DNA from: Longimicrobiales bacterium
Lineage (GTDB): Bacteria > Gemmatimonadota > Gemmatimonadetes > Longimicrobiales > Gaopeijiaceae
Reading direction: 5' to 3'
Length of the DNA stretch: 64,000 nt
Assembly (NCBI GenBank): GCA_965219445.1
Contig: CBDCNQ010000002.1
Span: forward strand, 96,001 to 160,000
Position 1 is the stretch's first letter, and each line of letters starts with the position of its first letter. Below are positions 48,185-57,440 of this stretch, one piece after another. Below the pieces are notes generated by a model. That model searched no databases. It was given only the letters and a program-made list of their open reading frames with translations, and had not been told where the DNA came from. The position numbers were made by a program, and so were the translations under genes.

Positions 48185-49035
48185 GAGCACGCGCTGGTTT
48201 CTCGCTCGTGGAAGCCGTGGTGGCCCTGTTGCTCTCGTCCCTGGTCATAGTGATGGTCGGCGGGATCTTCTTGGCTCAGAACCGTTCCTACCTGGTGCAG
48301 CTCGGAGTGACCGACGCGCACCACAACGCGCGCGCGGTCACCGAGCTGCTTTCCAGCGAGCTTCGTTCGGTGATGGAGGGCGGCGTGCTGCTCGCCGAGA
48401 GCGACGAGATGACCGTGCGCACGCCGCTCGTGGTGGCTGCCGTGTGTGCGACAGATGGCGTCATAGTCGGCGTGCACACCGAGGGCGGAGAGGCGGCCAT
48501 CGAGACCCATGAAGAAGAGCTGGCCGGCTTCGCCGTCATGGACGCCGCAGGGGGGTGGGACTACTACGACGTCGACTGGTCGGCGATCGACGACGGAAGC
48601 TCGAGCGGCGTCATTGCCGGGGACTGTTACGGCAACGGGGCCGACACGGTGGGAGCCCGCGACGACTTCCACTCCCTCAAGAGCCTCGACAGCTACCATC
48701 CGACGGTACCGGGCGTCGGCGACGTGATCCTGCTCTTCAGCAAGACGACGTTCAAGTTCCAGACCTCGGTTCTCGATCCGACCACAGTCGGGCTCTTTCG
48801 CCAGGTCAATGACGATCCGCTGGTCGAGTTCGCGACCGGCATGGACTCGACGGCACAGTTTCAGTACCGAACGACCGAAAACTCCTCCTACGAGGAATCC
48901 GTGTTGGGCTCCTCTCTCGAACACGTCGACGTCGTACGCATCGTATCCGAGGTCAAGGAGCCGGCCCCGCCGGGCATAGAGGGCGCGATCCGGTACGGGT
49001 GGTCCGTGAACGTCGCGCTGAGGAACGTGCGGTGA
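48136..49035 (+). CDS. PilW-like minor pilin (start TTG 48136 or CTG 48178)
   Basis: G|FSLVEAVVALLL, ELRS, C-terminal VALRN typical of PilW. Confidence 0.82.
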   Translation: MGSRLLRDDVLGRRLVGARAGFSLVEAVVALLLSSLVIVMVGGIFLAQNRSYLVQLGVTDAHHNARAVTELLSSELRSVMEGGVLLAESDEMTVRTPLVVAAVCATDGVIVGVHTEGGEAAIETHEEELAGFAVMDAAGGWDYYDVDWSAIDDGSSSGVIAGDCYGNGADTVGARDDFHSLKSLDSYHPTVPGVGDVILLFSKTTFKFQTSVLDPTTVGLFRQVNDDPLVEFATGMDSTAQFQYRTTENSSYEESVLGSSLEHVDVVRIVSEVKEPAPPGIEGAIRYGWSVNVALRNVR

Positions 49036-50069
49036 GGCACTCAACCGCGGTCGGGCCGTCGCGTGGCGGCTTCGCAATGATCTTCGTGTTGCTCATGCTG
49101 TTCGCGATCTCGATCACGGCGGTTACGGGCTACCTCGTCGTGAGCTCGGAGTTCAGCATGTCGAACCACTCGAAGGAGGGCGCGGGGGTGATCGCCGTCG
49201 CGCACGGGGGCATGCAGCGCTTCCTCGCCGATCAGGGGGGGGTGGTCGGGGACTCCGCCATCTACGTGATCGGCTGGGGCATCGCCACCGTGACCAGCCG
49301 CAAGCTCATGGAGACGGACTCGTTCAACCACCTGTACTATATACGCTCCGAGGGCACGCTCACTGACGTCAGGTTCCCGGGCGCTCCGGTCGCCAGGAGG
49401 GTCGTCGGGGCGTTCGCCTGGCACCGGCTGAGTCCGCTGCCCCACCGTGCGGCGGTGATTATCTCCGCCGACGAGATCGATGCCCGGGTGAGTGCAGGGG
49501 GAGAGATCGACGGTTACGACGAGTCCTCGGCCGCGCAGTGTTCCGGCGGAGGGACAGCCGGAATCACGGGGGCCATCGCGAAGGACCGAGTCCTCGGAGA
49601 CGTCGACGGCAACCCGGACGAAGAGCTGCGATCGTGGGTCGTCGACGACATGGCCGACTCTCTCGGCCTACGGTGGGATGTGCTCCAGGACCCGAGTTTC
49701 CCGGTCGAGTTCGACGGCTCACCGCCGAACTTCGCTTCCCTGCCTGCCGATTCATTCCCGCTGGTACGCTATCAGGGCAACCTTTCACCCGGGAGCTCGT
49801 GGAGCGGGCGGGGCGTCCTGGTGATCACCGGCAGGTTCGACTCCTCTTCTGGGTTCTCTTGGGACGGAATCGTGCTGGCCGGCTCCACCGACGACGGGCT
49901 CGACGGTGACATCGACGGGATGCTCATGGGCGGCCTGGACGGGCCGAATCCCAACTCGAACGTCGACTTCCGGATGGACGTCGACTACAACGCTTGCTAC
50001 GTGTACGCCGCTAATAGGGCGCTCTCGTATTTGGAGCTCGTCGACCACGCGATCTTCGACGCGTACTAG
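49032..50069 (+). CDS. PilX-like pilin with extended acidic C-terminal domain
   Basis: G|FAMIFVLLML lacking Glu5 as in PilX/GspK; YYIRSEG; Asp/Gly-rich C-terminal half. Confidence 0.75.
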   Translation: MRHSTAVGPSRGGFAMIFVLLMLFAISITAVTGYLVVSSEFSMSNHSKEGAGVIAVAHGGMQRFLADQGGVVGDSAIYVIGWGIATVTSRKLMETDSFNHLYYIRSEGTLTDVRFPGAPVARRVVGAFAWHRLSPLPHRAAVIISADEIDARVSAGGEIDGYDESSAAQCSGGGTAGITGAIAKDRVLGDVDGNPDEELRSWVVDDMADSLGLRWDVLQDPSFPVEFDGSPPNFASLPADSFPLVRYQGNLSPGSSWSGRGVLVITGRFDSSSGFSWDGIVLAGSTDDGLDGDIDGMLMGGLDGPNPNSNVDFRMDVDYNACYVYAANRALSYLELVDHAIFDAY

Positions 50070-50283
50070 CAAAGCGTCCCGTTGCTTGCGAACGCGCGCA
50101 TAGGCGCCGGCGCGCACCTTCGATCCCATCGAGGGCTCTTCTGCGGACCGCGGGAGTCCTGGCACAAATCCTTTGTACACGGAACCGGCGCGTGCCTATC
50201 TTTGAGAGTGGACCCGCAACGATCCGAGCTCCACTGACGCGCCGCTCCCACGAACGCGTCGGGACCGGGCCGGACCCATCGAG

Positions 50284-50799
50284 GTGGCCCCTTTGAAGAG
50301 GCATTATCAACTCTTGACAGCTCGGCGGTTTGCCAGGGATGGCCGCCGCGGCTTCACGCTCATCGAGCTGGTTTTGGTGGCGACCATCACGGGTTCACTG
50401 GCGGCGCTCGCCATTCCGAACGTGGTCCGCGTCCTGGAGGAGTCGAGGGTCACCGAGGCGATGTCGGACATCAGGATCTTCGCGGCCACCGCGAGGGACC
50501 ACAAGCTCGTGAACGGCACGTTTCCGGACTCTTTCGACAAGTTCGGGTTCAACGACCCCCCCGTCGACCCTTGGGGAAACGAGTACGAATACTTACTGAT
50601 CGAAGGTCAGTTTGAGATATACCCGCCGGGTAAGAAGCCCAGGCAGGACAGGTTCCTCAGGCCGGTCAACCGAGACTTCGACATATTTAGCAGAGGACCC
50701 GACGGGGAGACGTCGGATAACCTGACCGATCCGGAGAGCTTGGACGACGTCATCCGAGCCAACGACGGCGGCTTCGTGGGCATCGCGGAGGACTATTGA
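50284..50799 (+). CDS. GspG-like prepilin
   Basis: RRG|FTLIEL, DPWGNEYEY, FSRGPDG..DDV. Confidence 0.85.
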   Translation: MAPLKRHYQLLTARRFARDGRRGFTLIELVLVATITGSLAALAIPNVVRVLEESRVTEAMSDIRIFAATARDHKLVNGTFPDSFDKFGFNDPPVDPWGNEYEYLLIEGQFEIYPPGKKPRQDRFLRPVNRDFDIFSRGPDGETSDNLTDPESLDDVIRANDGGFVGIAEDY

Positions 50800-52949
50800 G
50801 CCTGGTGCGCGTGGAGTTCTTGCGGACGCGTGTCGCGCGGAGGATCATGAGCCTCTTCGTGATCGGGTCGCTCTTCCCGATCGCTGCCCTGGTAGCTCTC
50901 TCCTACGGAGCGGTATCCCGCCAGCTCGAGTCGCAGAGCGAACAGCGCTTGGCGGACCTCACCGACATCGCCGCCCAGTCGCTTCTCGAGCGATTCGACT
51001 TCTTCCACTCGTGGCTCCGAGGCGTCGGCGTGCTCGGGACCGTAGGCATGAGCCAGGCCGCGGACGGCGCCTCCGTGCCCTTCACTGATCTGGTTCCGGG
51101 CAGTGTCGAGGGGTTGGCGCTCGAAGAGGACGGGCGCGTGCGCACGATCACTGGCACGGTCGGACAGCTGCCACCACTCGGGGCTGCGGACGGGGAGCAG
51201 TTGGCGATGGGCCAGCCCTTGGTCAAGGCCTCCGTCGGCATCGACGGCGCTCCCCCGAGCATCTTCATGGCGCTGCGCACACGGCCCGGCGACCCCGACC
51301 GGGGGGTATTGTGGGCACGTATTACCGGCGACTCACTGTGGGCGACGACGATGCTATGGGCGTCGACCTCGGCCGTCCACGATCTCTGTATCCTGGACAC
51401 GGGCAGCCGGCCCTTCCACTGCAACCAGGGCGAGGGGAGTCGTCTGCCGGCAACGGTCCCTCCCGTGGCCAGCCGTGGATCCAACGCGGGTCTGCTGGAC
51501 GTCGAAATGGGTGCGGAGGTCTACAAGGCCGGCTGGCGGGAGGTCTACCTGCCTCCCACGTACGGTACCCCCTCGTGGACGGTCGTGGTGAGCGAGTCCA
51601 GGTCGACGGTCTACAGTCAGGTCGAGTGGTTCGCGTACTATCTGCCGGTGTCCGTGGTGAGCGGACTCTCGTTTGTGCTGCTGCTCGCCAGTGTCGTCGT
51701 GCGCCGCACGATGGACCCGCTCGAGCGGCTCACGGAGGGCACGCGTCGGATTTCGAAGCAAGACTTCGGCTCTCGAGTAGACGTCGAGAGCGAGGACGAG
51801 TTCGGCGAGCTCGCCGCGTCGTTCAACACGATGGCGGAGCGCCTGGGTCTCCAGTTCCGGGAGATCAAGGCCGGCCTGGCCATCGACCGCGCGGTGCTGT
51901 CGGCAAGCGGCCGCGAGATCGCAATGCGGGCGGTTCTCGACGGGGTCGGCGATGTCGTGCCGAGTACACACCGAGCGGTCCTGCTCATGGAGCCGGGATC
52001 GAGCGTCGAGGGGAGCCTGTATTCCGTGAGCCAGTCGGACGACGGCGTCGTGGAGAGCACCTGCTCGCTCGATGAGGCGGATTCCGATTGGCTCTACGGC
52101 GACGGCATGCACGTGTTGACCTCCAAGGGCACCGAAGTACCCGCGGTGTTCGGCGGCGCGGGCTTCGCCGACGATGATCGACGCGTGCTCGTGCTGCGCC
52201 TCGTCGTCCAGGGAGAGGCTCTAGGCGCAGTGGCCATCGCGCGGCGGGCCGACCGTGACTTCTCCGAGGAGGAGGTTCGCGGGGCGGGGCATTTGGCGGA
52301 TCAGGCCGCGGTCGCCCTCAACGATCTCAAGCTCCGCAGTGAGCTCGAGGAGATGAGCTGGGAGGCGCTGCGTGCGCTGGCCAACGCGATCGACGCCAAG
52401 TCGGCGTGGACAGCGGGTCACTCGGAGCGGGTCACAGGCCTCGCGCTCGAGGTCGGGCGGGAGCTCGAGCTGAGCGACAAGGAGCTCGACATCCTTCATC
52501 GAGGCGGGCTCCTTCACGATCTGGGCAAGATCGGCGTGAGTCTGCAGGTGCTCGACCACCCCGGTAAGCTCGACGAAGAGATGCGCAAGGAGATCGAGGC
52601 GCACCCGGTTATCGGGGCGCGCATCCTCGAACCGATCCGCGCCTTCCAGCCGATGCTGCCGATCGTTCTGTACCACCACGAGCGCTGGGACGGCCTGGGG
52701 TATCCGGAGGGCCTCAAGGGACTGGAAATCCATCCGCTTGCGCGGCTGTTGGCGGTCGCTGACGTGTTCGACGCGATGGTGTCGGCCCGTCCGTATCGCG
52801 GGGGCATGGATCCGCAGCGCGTCCTCGACGAGATCCGCAGCTGTTCGGGCACTCAGTTCGATCCCGAGATGGTCGCAGCCCTGATGCGCGTCATGGAGAG
52901 CGGCTGGCTTCTCCGAAACCTCCCGCAGCCCGTGCTGATCGATGCGTGA
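50796..52949 (+). CDS. Membrane sensor with HAMP, GAF and HD-GYP domains (cyclic-dinucleotide phosphodiesterase)
   Basis: Two TMs around an extracytoplasmic domain; HAMP (DEFGELAASFNTM); GAF; HSERV, LHDLGK, HHERWDGLGYP, ADVFDAM, RPYR. Confidence 0.92.
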   Translation: MSLVRVEFLRTRVARRIMSLFVIGSLFPIAALVALSYGAVSRQLESQSEQRLADLTDIAAQSLLERFDFFHSWLRGVGVLGTVGMSQAADGASVPFTDLVPGSVEGLALEEDGRVRTITGTVGQLPPLGAADGEQLAMGQPLVKASVGIDGAPPSIFMALRTRPGDPDRGVLWARITGDSLWATTMLWASTSAVHDLCILDTGSRPFHCNQGEGSRLPATVPPVASRGSNAGLLDVEMGAEVYKAGWREVYLPPTYGTPSWTVVVSESRSTVYSQVEWFAYYLPVSVVSGLSFVLLLASVVVRRTMDPLERLTEGTRRISKQDFGSRVDVESEDEFGELAASFNTMAERLGLQFREIKAGLAIDRAVLSASGREIAMRAVLDGVGDVVPSTHRAVLLMEPGSSVEGSLYSVSQSDDGVVESTCSLDEADSDWLYGDGMHVLTSKGTEVPAVFGGAGFADDDRRVLVLRLVVQGEALGAVAIARRADRDFSEEEVRGAGHLADQAAVALNDLKLRSELEEMSWEALRALANAIDAKSAWTAGHSERVTGLALEVGRELELSDKELDILHRGGLLHDLGKIGVSLQVLDHPGKLDEEMRKEIEAHPVIGARILEPIRAFQPMLPIVLYHHERWDGLGYPEGLKGLEIHPLARLLAVADVFDAMVSARPYRGGMDPQRVLDEIRSCSGTQFDPEMVAALMRVMESGWLLRNLPQPVLIDA

Positions 52950-53412
52950 GCCAACTCAGACCGGAGAGAGGAGGGGCCCCGGGCCCCGGGCCGCCGTCCG
53001 TCAGGGTGGGGCTCGGTTCACGTCCATATTCCTGATCGCCGTCGCGGCGATCGCCGTGCTTGCGTTGGAGATCGTCGGCAACCGCGAGAGCTCCGGTATC
53101 GGCTACACCGTGCTGGCCGCCCCCCCGGAAGAGCTCGTGGGCATGTGGGTTACCGAGGATCCCGGATACTCGGATCGCGCTCTCGTGATCGGCTACGACC
53201 ATATCGAGCTCCACCTCGGGGAGGAGGGCGGGATCCAATCTGATCCGATCCTGTCGATCCGGGCGGTGCAGGGCCCGGACCGCTGGACGTACGAGATCGA
53301 CTACGAGAGCTCGGTAGGTGACAAGACAGTGGTGATCCACCTCCATCCGGATGGCGTGCTCCGGCTCAGAAACCCCGCGGACATGGTGTGGAGGCGGAAG
53401 CCGACCCGTTGA
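52942..53412 (+). CDS. Small membrane-anchored hypothetical protein
   Basis: One TM then a beta-rich domain (PEELVGMWVT..YSDR); overlaps the HD-GYP stop. Confidence 0.72.
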   Translation: MREPTQTGERRGPGPRAAVRQGGARFTSIFLIAVAAIAVLALEIVGNRESSGIGYTVLAAPPEELVGMWVTEDPGYSDRALVIGYDHIELHLGEEGGIQSDPILSIRAVQGPDRWTYEIDYESSVGDKTVVIHLHPDGVLRLRNPADMVWRRKPTR

Positions 53413-53502
53413 CGCTCGGCAAATGGCTAGTAATCCCATCAGATTCCCACCAGATTTCCACCGCACTCACACTACTTCACAAAGCTGAGAGATGGCTTGA
53501 AC

Positions 53503-53574
53503 GGTCTTCAAAACCAGCTCGCCCGGCTAAACCCCGGGTTGGTGGGTTCGATTCCCACACGCTCCCGCCATCGG
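53503..53574 (+). repeat. attR-like duplicate of the selC 3' part
   Basis: Identical to 47067-47138; lacks the 5' acceptor strand and D arm. Confidence 0.95.
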
Positions 53575-53580
53575 GCCCAT

Positions 53581-54165
53581 GTGCTCATACTTTCCGTCTC
53601 GCTCATGGCCGCTGTTGACGCCGCGGCACTCGAGGGTCAGCAGCCGTTGGCCGACCCTTCCCAGGATTCCGTGGAAGCCGTAGAGGGGCCGGATAGCCCC
53701 GGGCGCGCTTCCCCGGGGGGTGCTTTCGTGAGATCGATGTTGATTCCGGGCTGGGGTCAGGCGGTCTCCGAATCCCCGGGGCGGGGCGCGTTCTACTTTA
53801 CGGTTCAATCCGTCGGTGTCTGGATGATCCTCAAGACTTCGAAGACCTTAGGAAGCGCGAGCGACATCCTCGCCATGCGACGCCTCGAGGCGACGCAGCG
53901 GCTGAGCGCAGACCCGTTGGTCGATCCCGCCGATCTCGCCGCGGCGATCGACGCCGATCCGGGGGTGGTGAGCGCGCTCGAGCTGAAAGGGATCCGGCGC
54001 CAACAGAGAGAGGATTGGCTTTCCTTCGGCGTGTTTTTCCTCCTTCTCGGTGGTGCCGACGCGTTCGTGGCGGCGCACTTGGCGGGTTTCCCCGACCCGC
54101 TGGAAGTCGCCATCCGTCCACTTCCAGACATGGGGCTCGAGGTTGGATTCAGTCTGGTGTTTTAG
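53581..54165 (+). CDS. Membrane/exported hypothetical protein (DUF5683-like)
   Basis: SPGGAFVRSMLIPGWGQ, REDW, DAFVAAHL. Confidence 0.75.
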   Translation: MLILSVSLMAAVDAAALEGQQPLADPSQDSVEAVEGPDSPGRASPGGAFVRSMLIPGWGQAVSESPGRGAFYFTVQSVGVWMILKTSKTLGSASDILAMRRLEATQRLSADPLVDPADLAAAIDADPGVVSALELKGIRRQQREDWLSFGVFFLLLGGADAFVAAHLAGFPDPLEVAIRPLPDMGLEVGFSLVF

Positions 54166-54198
54166 GGCGGGCCCACACGAGTAGAGTCTGCCCCGCCG

Positions 54199-54936
54199 TC
54201 ACGTTTTCCAAGTCTGGAGCGAGGGGCTTTCTCCCGCTGTGAGCACCAAGAAGCTACGGTGGTAGATCCAGTCCCCCAGATTTACGTAAAAGCGACCCGA
54301 CCCGGCCTCGTGAAGAAGCGGTATGTGGGAGTGACCCAGGACGATCAGGTCGAGATCCCCCTCGGACGCCAGCTTTTCGACCGCCCACTTGTACAACACC
54401 TTCGAGCGAGCTTCCTCTGCGGTGGAGGGACCCGCGAACCGGGCTCTCGTCCGAGAGATGCGGGAGGCCAGAGCCGCGCCGATATCGGGGTGGAGCCAAC
54501 GGAAGAGCGTCCGCGTACCTCGGCTCCGTAGCCCCGCCTTCAGGATGCGGTACGGGAGGTCGGCCCTACCTAGACCATCTCCATGCGCGATCAAAGTCCG
54601 CCGTCCCGCAAGGTCCCGGACGACCGGATTCGGCTGGAGGGTCAGACCGATATCATCGCTGAGGAACGTGCCGCCCCACCAGTCGTGGTTCCCCCCCATG
54701 AGGGTCACGGGAAGACCCCCATCGACTAGCTCGGCCAGGGCCCCCAGCACTCGTGTGTGTCCGCCTGGAACGACCGAGCCGTATTCGAACCAAAAGTCGA
54801 AAAGATCCCCGTTGAGGACCAATTCGGACGCATGATCGGCTGTATACATCAACCAGCGTACGAACGCTCGCTCGGTTTCGGGAGGTACGGCCCCGAGGTG
54901 TACGTCGCTTGCGAAATGGATGGGCTTCTCAGACAT
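54199..54936 (-). CDS. lpxH: UDP-2,3-diacylglucosamine hydrolase
   Basis: SDVHLG, GDLFDFWFE, GNHD, HGD, GHSH, NLGDW. Confidence 0.88.
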   Translation of the reverse strand: MSEKPIHFASDVHLGAVPPETERAFVRWLMYTADHASELVLNGDLFDFWFEYGSVVPGGHTRVLGALAELVDGGLPVTLMGGNHDWWGGTFLSDDIGLTLQPNPVVRDLAGRRTLIAHGDGLGRADLPYRILKAGLRSRGTRTLFRWLHPDIGAALASRISRTRARFAGPSTAEEARSKVLYKWAVEKLASEGDLDLIVLGHSHIPLLHEAGSGRFYVNLGDWIYHRSFLVLTAGESPSLQTWKT

Positions 54937-55075
54937 GGGGATCGGAAACTAAACTGGGTGTATAACCTGGGGAAGACAGCTTCTCGTGGCATGGCAGTGT
55001 GTTTTCACCGCGATGCGTCTGCAGTTTCGGAGGAGGACCAGTCGGCTCAACTGATCGGAGGCGCGCTTTAGCTCC

Positions 55076-55759
55076 ATGAGATTACATGCAGTTCTCCCGG
55101 CCCTGGGTCTCTTTTTCGCGAACACAGCGTGCGGTGGTGGATCGTTGGGGACACCCGCTCCGATTCTGGATACGGACCGAGCCGTTCGCCAGGCACGCCT
55201 CGAGAACCCGTTTCCGAACACATCGCAGGTCATCTTCGAATGGAGCATCAGAGAGCCGGACCTCCGGCTCGAGGGGATGGGGGTCGCGCGCCTCCAGCAC
55301 CCGGATCGTGCCCGTCTCGACCTCTTCATGGAGAACGGCGAGGCCGTTTTGGCGGCCAGCTTGGTGGAAGACCAACTGAGGGCTCGAGAGGGCACACAAC
55401 TACAGGTGGTGCCTTCACCGGCTCTGCTCTGGGCTGGATTGGGCGTGTTCCGGCCGGGCGAGGGTGCCACCCTGCTCGGCGCCGATGACTTCGAAGATGG
55501 TACGGTCCGTCTACGGTACCGCCTCGCCGACGGTGACGAGCTGCACTACGAGCTTCGTTCTGGCCGAGTGACGAGGGCCGAGCTGCGCCACGAGGGAGAT
55601 GCGGTGCACCGTGTCGCTCTCAGCCGAGAGAGCGGAGGGGAGTTGCCTACGGAGGCCATCTACCGCAATCTGGCTTCATTCAGTGAACTCACGGTGACGG
55701 TCGAGACCGTCGAAAGGGTGGATTCTCATCCATCGGATATCTGGAACCCGGTTCCCTAA
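55076..55759 (+). CDS. Hypothetical lipoprotein
   Basis: Lipobox-like NTAC; PDRARLDLF; beta-rich. Confidence 0.72.
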   Translation: MRLHAVLPALGLFFANTACGGGSLGTPAPILDTDRAVRQARLENPFPNTSQVIFEWSIREPDLRLEGMGVARLQHPDRARLDLFMENGEAVLAASLVEDQLRAREGTQLQVVPSPALLWAGLGVFRPGEGATLLGADDFEDGTVRLRYRLADGDELHYELRSGRVTRAELRHEGDAVHRVALSRESGGELPTEAIYRNLASFSELTVTVETVERVDSHPSDIWNPVP

Positions 55760-55760
55760 C

Positions 55761-56276
55761 GTGTCGCTCTCGTTCCGAGGAGTTCTGGGCGGCCTTTCCC
55801 TCGTCGCTGTGCTCGCGGCGGGCGGGTGCAACTACGGGTTCCGCTCGGGCAGTTTTCCTGAGCACATCCGAACCGTCGCCATCCTACCCTTCGATAACGA
55901 CACCAACCGTTTCGAACTCACTCAAGAGATCCACCAAGAACTGTTGAGTGCGCTGCCACGTGCCTTAGGGGTCACCAACGCGGGGGAGGACGTAGCCGAT
56001 GCGGTGGTCCAGGGACGGATTCTACGGTACGACATGACCGCTCCTCTCTTTCGGCCGGGCCAACAATCCGGCCAAGTGGATGTGCTCCAGCGCCAGGTGA
56101 ACATCCGGGTCGAGGTGGAGCTGATCGACCTCGTCGCGAACTTGATCCTGTGGGATGAGGTGGGCCTGAGTACCCAGGGCCAGTATCTCGAAGGGGAGTC
56201 CGAGGAAATCGGACGCGCAGAGGCTATCGAGCTTCTCGTACAGCGCATCGTGGATGGGGCGCAGTCGAACTGGTAG
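55761..56276 (+). CDS. lptE: LptE-family lipoprotein
   Basis: Lipobox GGC-NYGF, IRTVAILPFDN, ADAVVQGRI, C-terminal W. Confidence 0.78.
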   Translation: MSLSFRGVLGGLSLVAVLAAGGCNYGFRSGSFPEHIRTVAILPFDNDTNRFELTQEIHQELLSALPRALGVTNAGEDVADAVVQGRILRYDMTAPLFRPGQQSGQVDVLQRQVNIRVEVELIDLVANLILWDEVGLSTQGQYLEGESEEIGRAEAIELLVQRIVDGAQSNW

Positions 56277-56330
56277 GTTGGCCCCCGGGAAAATTGCCTG
56301 GGCGACCGAGGTCTGCGCGTCGGGCGGTCC

Positions 56331-57377
56331 CTAGGGCGTGCCCCGCACGCCAAGCACCGTGGTGACCCCAAACGCCTCGAGGGTCATCCACAAGCCGAAC
56401 CCCACGTAGAGTATCATCATCGCGTGCGACTCTTGGACCGACAGCTCCAGGTCCCGGAGCATGAAGACGAGCATCACGACCGTGGCAATGACGAGGAACG
56501 TCATCATGGGCACGATCTGCGTAAAGTTGACCGCGATCGTGCCGGTAACCATGACGGCCAGCGGAACGGCCACGAGCAGGTCGAAGACGTTGCTGCCCAA
56601 CACGTTGGAGACGCTGGACTGGGTACGACCCATCATCGAGGCTCGCATGCTGACGAAGGTATCCGGCACCGACGTCGCGGCGGCGACGATGGTCATCCCC
56701 CACAGGAAGGTGGGCGTCTGGAGCATGTCTCCGAGAGTGATCGCCACTCGAAGCAGCGCCTCCACACCGATGAGAATGAGCAGGATGCAGCCGACAAGAA
56801 TCCCCCACTCCTTCAGCGCCTGGATCCCGGCCTTGCGAGGGTGGTTCAGCCTCTGCCGCTTCACCTCTTCGAACTGGATGAAGAGATAGAGCCCGTAGAG
56901 CAACAGCGGGAACATGGCGAGGGTGCGCGTGAACGACCCCGTGTACATTTCGCGGCCGCCCGGCGCGATTGTCGTCGGTGCGCCGCCATAGATCACGGAA
57001 AGGCTCAGGATCAACATGAGCACCGCCACGGACAGGAGATAGAACTGCGCCTCTCGGTACACCAGGTTCCGTTTCGCTTTCAGCGGCCGCCCGCGAGCGT
57101 ACACGGAGAACGCGGGAATGACGAGTATGTTGTAGATGGCCGAGCCGATGATGGCCGATAGCCCTAACTCGAAATCCCCGTGCACCGGGAAGGCGAGCAT
57201 CGCCACCACGAGTTCTGGCATGCTCGACGCGATGGCCAGAATTACCGAGCCCTTCACTGCATCCGGAATACCGTAGTGCTGGGCGAGTCTATGTGTAGAT
57301 TCTTCGAGCCGGGAGCAAGCTACCCACAAGAGGGCGGACCCGAAAAAGGTGCCACCAACGACGAAAGCGACCGTCAT
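56331..57377 (-). CDS. Ca2+/Na+ antiporter (CaCA family)
   Basis: Alpha repeats ASSMPE...GSAIYN and ATSVPD...GSNVFD. Confidence 0.9.
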   Translation of the reverse strand: MTVAFVVGGTFFGSALLWVACSRLEESTHRLAQHYGIPDAVKGSVILAIASSMPELVVAMLAFPVHGDFELGLSAIIGSAIYNILVIPAFSVYARGRPLKAKRNLVYREAQFYLLSVAVLMLILSLSVIYGGAPTTIAPGGREMYTGSFTRTLAMFPLLLYGLYLFIQFEEVKRQRLNHPRKAGIQALKEWGILVGCILLILIGVEALLRVAITLGDMLQTPTFLWGMTIVAAATSVPDTFVSMRASMMGRTQSSVSNVLGSNVFDLLVAVPLAVMVTGTIAVNFTQIVPMMTFLVIATVVMLVFMLRDLELSVQESHAMMILYVGFGLWMTLEAFGVTTVLGVRGTP

Positions 57378-57440
57378 AGCGCGAAGCTGTCCGAGCCCAA
57401 GAGGGAAGGCAAGTGGGTCAAGGAAACCCTCACGAACCCC

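Larger units (their letters stand above)
47067..53574. mobile_element. Genomic island at selC with no integrase
   Basis: Exact 72-bp direct repeat at 47067-47138 and 53503-53574 (selC 3' part plus tcgg). Confidence 0.85.

Noticed and set aside
50160..50178. Sigma-54 promoter upstream of the GspG-like pilin (TGGCAC...TTTGT)
   Set aside because: The -12 element lacks GC and the spacing is off by one.
53503..53574. Second tRNA-Sec gene
   Set aside because: It lacks the 5' acceptor strand and D arm, so it is an att duplicate.
53497..53580. N-terminal extension MNGLQNQLARLNPG of the DUF5683-like ORF
   Set aside because: It is a translation of the duplicated tRNA fragment; GTG 53581 gives a plausible signal-like start.
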